Below, piece after piece: positions 28,404 through 34,984 of a stretch of 38,194 bases of DNA. A program made the position numbers and the translations under genes. The notes beneath the pieces were generated by a model. The model saw nothing but the letters and a program-made list of their open reading frames with translations. It was not told the DNA's origin and made no database searches. Origin of the DNA: a virus. Position 1 is the first letter of the stretch, and each line of letters starts with the position of its first letter. Where the stretch lies: the UHGV virus genome UHGV-0004901. One strand, given 5' to 3'.

Positions 28404-30952
28404 TGGCAGCAAACGAATTTTTGACGCAGTGCGAGCGCAGTGTAAATGCTGCCGCTGGTCGCGAGCTTTCTTCCGATGAGATGGAGTCGCTGGTGCGTGA
28501 CATGAACGACACCACTAGGCGAATTCTGGCGACCAATGAGGCGCTGTCTCTGGAAGAGGCCGCGATGCGCGCAGCGGAAGAACTGAGCAATACCGATATG
28601 CTGGCAAAACAGATTGAGGCTCGCAATAAGGCAATCAACACCCGTATTGCAGCACAACGACTTAGAGAGCTTCGTACTATCTGGAAAGACCGCCCGGATA
28701 TCGGGCTTGAAGCAATGCTGGTTGGCCGCAACGATGCGCGTACCGGCGCCCGCCGGTCGGTATCTTCGGAGGTGGCGCAACTGCGCGGCAAGTATCATTC
28801 CGGTATCAACTACGATTTTGACCGTGCCGGGCTAGTGCAATTCATCGCCAGCGGCAGCAATGACAGGGAAATTGCCGATGCAATGTGGCGCATAGGGCGC
28901 GGGCAGTCAACTGACGGTATGACAAAGCAATCCGTAAGCGCTGCACAAATCATCATGAAATGGCAGGAAACTGCGCGCATTGATGAGAACCGCGCCGGGG
29001 CATGGATACGCAAAGAGCCGGGCTATATAGTGCGCCAGTCACACGATATCATGAAGATCCGCGCCGCAGGTTATGAAGCATGGCGAAATGCTATTCTCCC
29101 GCGCCTTGATGAGCGCACTTTTGACGGCGTGGCTGACCGCGAGCAGTTCATGCATAACATTTATAACGGGCTGGCTTCCGGCGTGCATCTTACATCTGAA
29201 AAGCCAGATTGGATGAATGGCTTTAAGGGATCGGCGAACGCAGCTAAACGCGCCAGCCAAGAGCGAATTTTGCACTTCAAAGATGGTATCTCGTGGCACG
29301 AGTACAACCAGCAATTCGGCACCGGCAGCCTGCGAGAGGCGCTGTTTGGTGGCTTAAACAGCGCTGCCCGCACAACGGGCATGATGCGCGTACTGGGCAC
29401 TAACCCACAGAACATGTTTAAGTACCTGACGGACACCATTGCTGAAGATATCAGCAAATCCGGAAGACCGGCAGCGTTAGCTGACTACATGACGAAGGTG
29501 CGTCGCATTAACCGTACCGTAATGCCGCAGGTTGACGGCTCGCTAAATATTCCTGGCAGCGTAGGCTGGGCCAATGCGTCGGCGGCTGTACGCGGCTGGT
29601 TGCGTATGAGCCAGCTTGGTGGCGCGGTAATCTCATCGTTTAACGACGTGCCTATCGCCGCTACCGAGATGCGCTACCAAGGGCAGAATTTTATGCAGGC
29701 GTTGCTTGGTGCTATGAGAGGCCGCTTCACGCGTTACAACAGCGCGGAGCAGAAAGAGATCCTTTCCTCTATCGGAGTTTATTCCGACTCCATGACGCAG
29801 GAAATCATCCGGCGCATATCTGGTGATGACACGCTGAATGGAAAACTTGGTCGCGCGCAGCAGCTTTTCTTTAAGTACAACCTCATGAACTTCTGGACCG
29901 AGAGCGGTCGTAACAGCAACGCCATGATGATAACCAACTGGCTTGCAAAGAATGCTGACCAGTCTCATGCGCGGCTACCGGAAGACCTGCGACGCGTGCT
30001 GGATCTGCACGGTATTGGCGAACGTGAGTGGGAAATTTTTCGCAACATGGACATGGCCGATAGCGAAGGTCGTAAGTTCATGACGACCAGCGGCATGCGC
30101 GGCGTGCCTGACGAAGTGATTGCCGGTTATGTAGAGAGTAAGGGGATCAAACCAACGCAGCGCGCTATCGCTGACGCACGCGATCAATTGGAAGGGCAGT
30201 TGCGCGGCTACATCCTTGACCGCCTGAATATCGCCATGTCAGAGCCTGGCGATCGCACGCAGGCGTTTATGAAGATGGGCACGGTGCCAGGAACGGTGGC
30301 TGGGGAAGCAATACGATTCGCTGGTCAGTACAAATCGTTCACTGCAAGCTTCATGCAGAACGTACTAGGACGCGAAGTATTCGGGCGTGGTTATATTCCT
30401 GCTGGGCTTGGTGAGTCGAAAACCGGATCGCTGACGAATGCGCTGCTACGTAACGGGAAGGGGGCTTTCCTTGGTGCTGCAAACCTCTTTGTCTGGGCGA
30501 CTATGTTTGGTTATATCTCCATGCAGTCAAAACTCATGCTGAAAGGGCAAACACCACGCCCGGCAGATGCCAAGACGTTTCTCGCAGCCGCATCTCAGGG
30601 GGGCGGTCTTGGCATCTTGGGTGACTTCATGTTTGGCGAGGTCAACCGCATGGGGGCCGGGCCGGTTACGTCGCTAATGGGACCGGCTGCATCGAACGCT
30701 GACAGCATTATCACGCTGCTCCAGCAGACCACGAGGGGGGATGCAGATTTGGGTGACTGGTATCGCACGGCACTTGACAATACGCCATTCCTCAACGTGT
30801 TCTGGCTTCGTACGGCGATGAATGGTTTAATATTGAACCGGATACAAGATGCCCTTGACCCAGGCTCTCTTGAGCGTTATCAGCGCCGTGTTGAGCGTGA
30901 ACAGGGTAACGACTTTCTGATCCCACCATCGCAGTTCATGCTAGGGAAGTAA
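28403..30952 (+). CDS. Internal virion/ejection protein (putative)
   Basis: Start at ATG 28403, overlapping the upstream stop (TGATG); position. Confidence 0.55.
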   Translation: MAANEFLTQCERSVNAAAGRELSSDEMESLVRDMNDTTRRILATNEALSLEEAAMRAAEELSNTDMLAKQIEARNKAINTRIAAQRLRELRTIWKDRPDIGLEAMLVGRNDARTGARRSVSSEVAQLRGKYHSGINYDFDRAGLVQFIASGSNDREIADAMWRIGRGQSTDGMTKQSVSAAQIIMKWQETARIDENRAGAWIRKEPGYIVRQSHDIMKIRAAGYEAWRNAILPRLDERTFDGVADREQFMHNIYNGLASGVHLTSEKPDWMNGFKGSANAAKRASQERILHFKDGISWHEYNQQFGTGSLREALFGGLNSAARTTGMMRVLGTNPQNMFKYLTDTIAEDISKSGRPAALADYMTKVRRINRTVMPQVDGSLNIPGSVGWANASAAVRGWLRMSQLGGAVISSFNDVPIAATEMRYQGQNFMQALLGAMRGRFTRYNSAEQKEILSSIGVYSDSMTQEIIRRISGDDTLNGKLGRAQQLFFKYNLMNFWTESGRNSNAMMITNWLAKNADQSHARLPEDLRRVLDLHGIGEREWEIFRNMDMADSEGRKFMTTSGMRGVPDEVIAGYVESKGIKPTQRAIADARDQLEGQLRGYILDRLNIAMSEPGDRTQAFMKMGTVPGTVAGEAIRFAGQYKSFTASFMQNVLGREVFGRGYIPAGLGESKTGSLTNALLRNGKGAFLGAANLFVWATMFGYISMQSKLMLKGQTPRPADAKTFLAAASQGGGLGILGDFMFGEVNRMGAGPVTSLMGPAASNADSIITLLQQTTRGDADLGDWYRTALDNTPFLNVFWLRTAMNGLILNRIQDALDPGSLERYQRRVEREQGNDFLIPPSQFMLGK

Positions 30953-30953
30953 T

Positions 30954-31325
30954 ATGAACAGAATTATATTAATGATTATTCTTATGCTTTTAGTTGTAAA
31001 ATCTTTTGCAGATACTACCTCACCGTTAATGATTCAGCCTAAAAATGGGGAAACACTGGAGGATTCTAAAAAGCATACAATGGAATATTTTGGATGTATA
31101 AAAGGGCAGGTCGTAAAATACGCTAAGACAGGAGAAAGTGTTGATTCTATATCCAAAGCTTCGGTTGTGTCATGCGAGTCGTACATACAAAAGATTGCTG
31201 AATCAAATATATACTATTTAAATTCCTCTCAAGACGGTAAGCGGAAATTTATTGGAAGGCTTAAATCAGATGGTGAAAATTTAGCAACGAAATTTGCTAT
31301 GGATGAAAAGCTAAAAAATAAATAG
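30954..31325 (+). CDS. Secreted/periplasmic protein with signal peptide (moron, about 33% GC)
   Basis: N-terminal MNRIILMIILMLLVVKSFA signal peptide; two Cys in the mature part; very AT-rich compared with about 52% GC for the flanking virion genes. Confidence 0.55.
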   Translation: MNRIILMIILMLLVVKSFADTTSPLMIQPKNGETLEDSKKHTMEYFGCIKGQVVKYAKTGESVDSISKASVVSCESYIQKIAESNIYYLNSSQDGKRKFIGRLKSDGENLATKFAMDEKLKNK

Positions 31326-31333
31326 GTGACTAC

Positions 31334-31630
31334 ATGCAAGCGATAGGATTCATTGTTTATATCGTCGTTGGTCTTTTTCAGTTGGCAGCAATTATGGCTG
31401 GGCTTGAATCATGGTGGGGATTGCACTGGATAATTGCAGCCCCCATTGCTTTCATCGTGAGCTATATTCCATTTGTTGGAGCGATTGTTGGTATGGTTGG
31501 CGCTGTGGATGTATGGCGGTGGGAGTGGTGGCAGGCTGGCCTTCTCTTCTTTGGTGGGATCATCTTTGCTATTGTCTGCGGTGGAATGTCATCATTTTTC
31601 GAATGGCTATCATTCAGAAAAGGAACGTGA
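31334..31630 (+). CDS. Small integral membrane protein (3-4 predicted TM segments); candidate holin or exclusion protein
   Basis: 98 aa, hydrophobic throughout, Trp-rich loops; stop codon embedded in a GTGACATGTCAC palindrome. Confidence 0.5.
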   Translation: MQAIGFIVYIVVGLFQLAAIMAGLESWWGLHWIIAAPIAFIVSYIPFVGAIVGMVGAVDVWRWEWWQAGLLFFGGIIFAIVCGGMSSFFEWLSFRKGT

Positions 31631-31638
31631 CATGTCAC
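31627..31638. repeat. 12-bp perfect palindrome GTGACATGTCAC (copy 3 of 3)
   Basis: Direct reading; overlaps the TGA stop of the 31334..31630 gene in the same register as copy 1. Confidence 0.8.
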
Positions 31639-31663
31639 AGGCCGCTTTCGCGGCCTTGTTTTT
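31639..31663 (+). terminator. Rho-independent terminator ending the late/moron transcript
   Basis: AGGCCGC-TTTC-GCGGCCT hairpin followed by TGTTTTT. Confidence 0.7.
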
Positions 31664-31823
31664 AACGAATGCCACCGCCGCCCGGGCGGGAATCCGCAGA
31701 ACGCCCACCGCAGCGGGAGCCGTCAGCGGCAGTATCGCTGTCGTGCTGACAACGACCGGCAAAGGCCTGAGTTGAAGCTACCAGAGACAACAAAACGAAC
31801 AGTGCAGCAAATGCTTTTTTCAT
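31662..31823 (-). CDS. Small protein with Sec-type signal peptide (53 aa), speculative
   Basis: MKKAFAALFVLLSLVASTQAFA then a 31-aa Gly/Arg/Cys-containing tail; possible promoter TTGACG-16-TATAGA upstream; weak SD. Confidence 0.3.
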   Translation of the reverse strand: MKKAFAALFVLLSLVASTQAFAGRCQHDSDTAADGSRCGGRSADSRPGGGGIR

Positions 31824-31894
31824 TGTGACATTTCCATCTATAAGCCACCTCAATGTGGCGTCAATGAGTGTAGCACTGACTTTTGTTTCGTCCA

Positions 31895-31917
31895 CAAAAA
31901 AGCCCTCGCCGCGGGCT
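31895..31917 (-). terminator. Rho-independent terminator after the 31917..32456 gene
   Basis: Minus-strand AGCCC-GCGGCGA-GGGCT hairpin followed by a T6 run. Confidence 0.6.
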
Positions 31918-32456
31918 TACCAAAACTTGTACCACGGGGATTTATCCTTCAATGGACAATCCTTCCATCGTGTGGCTAACCATTCATATTCTTTAAAATA
32001 TGTGTTTATGTTTTCTTTTTCTCTAATAGCTTGTATAAGAGGTAGCGCAATCTGATAGTTATTTACAACGGAGCTGTAAAATACTTCCTTAATCATGGTC
32101 TCATCATAAGTTTTCCGCTTCACGCTCACAGCCATGCGTTCGTAGAAACCTAGACAGTAAATTATTTCTCTCTTCTCTATCTTTTCTTCATCCGTAAGAT
32201 CAGCCTGCCCATTGCTTGGATACATATAAGAGCGGAATGATTTGTTCGACTCGTGAATGCGGCGCATAGTAGATAGGCCTTTCTTATAATCTACATCAAA
32301 CCTGCTTTCACCAAGGAATACTGAAGTGTGTACTTTTCTCGCTGTATTTACATTATAAATAATAGTAGCGATAGCTATGAACAAGCCAAGCGAAACCGCG
32401 ACTGCACTTACGATTTGAGCCACAGCCATGGCAAATTGCATTTCTTCACTTAACAC
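31917..32456 (-). CDS. Membrane-anchored protein of unknown function (single N-terminal TM, about 36% GC); candidate superinfection-exclusion/defence protein
   Basis: GTG start with SD GGAG; TM segment AMAVAQIVSAVAVSLGLFIAIATII; AT-rich; occupies the position held by sieA in P22-type genomes. Confidence 0.55.
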   Translation of the reverse strand: MLSEEMQFAMAVAQIVSAVAVSLGLFIAIATIIYNVNTARKVHTSVFLGESRFDVDYKKGLSTMRRIHESNKSFRSYMYPSNGQADLTDEEKIEKREIIYCLGFYERMAVSVKRKTYDETMIKEVFYSSVVNNYQIALPLIQAIREKENINTYFKEYEWLATRWKDCPLKDKSPWYKFW

Positions 32457-32474
32457 AAACTGTCTCCAGACATG

Positions 32475-32496
32475 AAAACGGGGCCTAATGGCCCCG
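32475..32496 (-). terminator. Hairpin/terminator between the antirepressor gene and the 31917..32456 gene
   Basis: Minus-strand ACGGGGCC-ATTA-GGCCCCGT hairpin followed by TTTT. Confidence 0.5.
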
Positions 32497-32585
32497 TCAT
32501 TAAACTATCCGAATGTTAAACGCCTTCGTACTCGTCAAATTTTCTCATGTGGGCTCCTCCTGTATCGGTGCCTAATCGCTATGGA

Positions 32586-32600
32586 TCACCCGTAAGGTAA
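32586..32600. promoter_or_regulatory. Operator-like palindrome TCACCCGTAAGGTAA
   Basis: Direct reading. Confidence 0.45.
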
Positions 32601-32672
32601 TAGTACTCTATTCACCACCCTGTCTGCAATCGTACAGAATTATTTAAAAGCACATCCATGTGCCACCGCCCG

Positions 32673-33383
32673 TCAGAAGAACCCTGCCTTGTCGTTGATG
32701 TATTCCGCGTGCGTCTGGATATCACGCAGGCATTTGCTCACACCGACGATGTAGCAGAACATGGTGGTCAGCTCCGCCGCCGCGCCCGATACGTCGTGCC
32801 CGTCTTCCTGTAACTGGTTCAGCAGATTCATCAGCAGTGAGTTCTCCGTCAGGCCGAGAACACCAGACGGCGAGTGAATCAGGCTGCGGTAGCCGGGCTT
32901 CAGCGGGGCGCTGTAGGTTTTGTTCTCTATCTTCATTGCCTGCATCACTGCTGATGCTGTGGCGTTTGCAACCTGGTCGGCAACCATCTTTATGCGTTCT
33001 TCCTGCGGGAGCGAGTTTTTAATGTAACTTCCGGTGCGGCGGATCTGAGGAAGAACCTCACCTGTAACCCATTTACGAAAGCGGTAGGGGATAGTGCCTG
33101 GTGTCACTGCGTCGCGGCAGCGGAGGATCAGTGTGTAGAGGCCTGACTCGGAGATGATGTTGATCTCTTTTACTCGGCTGTCAAAAATTGCACGATGTTC
33201 ATGCCCTATGTTGAACATAGACCTTTCATCATCATCCAGTTTTTCAAGTGCTTGGGTGACGTTTTGGATACGCAGCGCACTACAAACGTCTTGGGCTACA
33301 AACCATGGTTGGCCATCGATAATGATGGAACGGATAGGGTTAACAGATTCAAATTTGAAGATGGCAGTTTGAGCATTAGCCAT
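32673..33383 (-). CDS. ant: Antirepressor with Bro-N/KilA-N-type N-terminal domain
   Basis: ...FESVNPIRSIIIDGQPWFVAQDVCSALRIQN...GLYTLILRCRDA... matches Bro-N; start at ATG 33383 with SD GGAG. Confidence 0.8.
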   Translation of the reverse strand: MANAQTAIFKFESVNPIRSIIIDGQPWFVAQDVCSALRIQNVTQALEKLDDDERSMFNIGHEHRAIFDSRVKEINIISESGLYTLILRCRDAVTPGTIPYRFRKWVTGEVLPQIRRTGSYIKNSLPQEERIKMVADQVANATASAVMQAMKIENKTYSAPLKPGYRSLIHSPSGVLGLTENSLLMNLLNQLQEDGHDVSGAAAELTTMFCYIVGVSKCLRDIQTHAEYINDKAGFF

Positions 33384-33652
33384 GGTGGTTATCTCCACTT
33401 AGTGATTTTAATCACCACCGCAACGCCAATTACTGGTGGTGAACTGGACAAGGTTGGCGTACCGGCCTAAGTGGTACCGGCGTCCTTTCGGACCCCTGCC
33501 CAGCCCACCATAATTCGGATATAGCTGTGCTTAACGCATAAAAAAACCACGTCTGGCGTGGTATGCGCCACTTAGTAACTCGGGACGCCAATCCCGGCAC
33601 TGGATTTTGCCAGTACCCGATTACTATGGCACAAGAGGAGTGCGATGTAAAT

Positions 33653-33760
33653 TTACCGCAAAGGTAATGATAAACGCGAAGAAATATTAAAATCAACCGT
33701 ATTTGGTTGGTTGCGTTTAACGCTTGATCACCTGAAAGCAAGATATTACCTTTAAGGTAA
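33653..33760. promoter_or_regulatory. Two operator palindromes in the divergent ant / 33781 promoter region: TTACCGCAAAGGTAA (33653..33667) and TTACCTTTAAGGTAA (33746..33760)
   Basis: Direct reading. Confidence 0.55.
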
Positions 33761-33780
33761 TGTTATTGTGAGGAAAAGCA

Positions 33781-34509
33781 ATGGAAGTTTTCTGGATAGT
33801 TGTTGGTGTGGTTGCGGTGATTATTTATGTTATCAACCAGAACAAGACTAAGATCTCTGATCGTACGGTCGTTAATCATAACAAAACGATAAAGACCGAA
33901 GATGGGGAGATAACGATTAATCGTACACAGGTGATAGAACACACCTCTACTCAGTTTCAAAAAACTGGAGGTAATGCGCCTAATATTTCCGCACCTCCTG
34001 CTTATGATAGTGCGGTAATCCAGACATATTATAAACAGCAGGAGTTAGCAAAAGAGAGGCAACTGATTCAGCCAAAGCCGTTTACAGCTGAGCTTCCACC
34101 TGGAGTGTCAACGCGTCCGGCATATCATGGAAGATTCCCTGGTGATGACATATCGTCTCAGTCATCTAAAAAAGCACCTCAGGCAGTATCAGAGCCAGCA
34201 AGAATACCTTCTGTATCGCCGCCAAAAGAAGAATCAGCTAACAGAGTTTCAAGTGGTAGCAAGCAGTGCTTGCGATGCAGAATAAACCTACCATATGAAA
34301 AATTCAGGAAATCGTCAAAAAATCCAGATGGATTGACTAAGTGGTGTGCAAGGTGTCTCGATGGCCCAAAGAATACACGCCATATGAAGTGGTGCCCAAT
34401 TTGTAATGTCCGCAGAAAACGAACCAGCTTTTACCCTAATAATCAAAATGCGGACGGATTAATGGCATGGTGCAAAACGTGCTGGGATGAGCACAAAGCG
34501 AAACGATAG
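33781..34509 (+). CDS. Membrane-anchored protein with two tandem CxxC...DGLxxWCxxC zinc-ribbon-like repeats (unknown function)
   Basis: N-terminal TM MEVFWIVVGVVAVIIYVI; C-terminal repeats CLRCRINLPYEKFRKSSKNPDGLTKWCARC and CPICNVRRKRTSFYPNNQNADGLMAWCKTC. Confidence 0.6.
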   Translation: MEVFWIVVGVVAVIIYVINQNKTKISDRTVVNHNKTIKTEDGEITINRTQVIEHTSTQFQKTGGNAPNISAPPAYDSAVIQTYYKQQELAKERQLIQPKPFTAELPPGVSTRPAYHGRFPGDDISSQSSKKAPQAVSEPARIPSVSPPKEESANRVSSGSKQCLRCRINLPYEKFRKSSKNPDGLTKWCARCLDGPKNTRHMKWCPICNVRRKRTSFYPNNQNADGLMAWCKTCWDEHKAKR

Positions 34510-34533
34510 GCCGCTCTTGCGGCCTTTAAATTT
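34509..34533. terminator. Hairpin/terminator between convergent genes
   Basis: GGCCGC-TCTT-GCGGCC followed by TTTAAATTT. Confidence 0.5.
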
Positions 34534-34789
34534 ACCGGGTTTGTTTTCGTAATTGTTCGGCACAATAGTCGAGATGTGTTTGCAGATCCCGCATAGACAT
34601 CTGTGACCTGGTGACGTAGTTAATCAGTGCAGTCAGTTCGGCAAGTGGGCCATCGACATTAAATCCATCCTTATCGAGATCCCGGAGTAATTTCATCAAG
34701 TGCGATCCCTCCACCAGTGATCTGACGCCTCCCGGCGTGTGAATCCTTTCGGTAAATCCGTCTTCCAGTGGATAGTGATACTGCTGCAT
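34532..34789 (-). CDS. Antirepressor C-terminal-domain paralog (85 aa, stand-alone)
   Basis: ...GGVRSLVEGSHLMKLLRDLDKDGFNVDGPLAELTALINYV...RDLQTH... aligns by eye with the Ant C-terminus ...SGVLGLTENSLLMNLLNQLQEDGHDVSGAAAELTTMFCYI...RDIQTH...; strong SD GGAGAAG before ATG 34789. Confidence 0.5.
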   Translation of the reverse strand: MQQYHYPLEDGFTERIHTPGGVRSLVEGSHLMKLLRDLDKDGFNVDGPLAELTALINYVTRSQMSMRDLQTHLDYCAEQLRKQTR

Positions 34790-34865
34790 CTTATCTTCTC
34801 CATACGATAACTGTATATTTATACAGTAACAAATAATTTGTTTGCTATCCAGCACGTTTTGCAAA

Positions 34866-34880
34866 TCACCTGAAAGGTAA
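34866..34880. promoter_or_regulatory. Operator-like palindrome TCACCTGAAAGGTAA between the Ant-C paralog and the tail fibre gene; followed by CATATGTGGTT-N5-GGTAATA (34910..34932)
   Basis: Direct reading. Confidence 0.5.
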
Positions 34881-34984
34881 TATCTGTTCGTATTTATGGG
34901 TTGTCTATCCATATGTGGTTTTTTAGGTAATAGAATGACCAGATATGCGGCGCAACGGGTGCTGCGACTATCTGGAGATTTAAC

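Noticed and set aside
31632-31775. Plus-strand ORF starting at the ATG inside the third GTGACATGTCAC palindrome (MSQAAFAALF..., 47 aa)
   Set aside because: It begins inside the terminator hairpin of the upstream gene and lacks an SD; the opposite-strand signal-peptide ORF is somewhat more plausible, though itself uncertain.
33399-33780. LexA (SOS) box controlling the antirepressor
   Set aside because: No CTGT-N8-ACAG match found by eye in the ant leader; regulation appears to be through the TTACC-N5-GGTAA sites instead.
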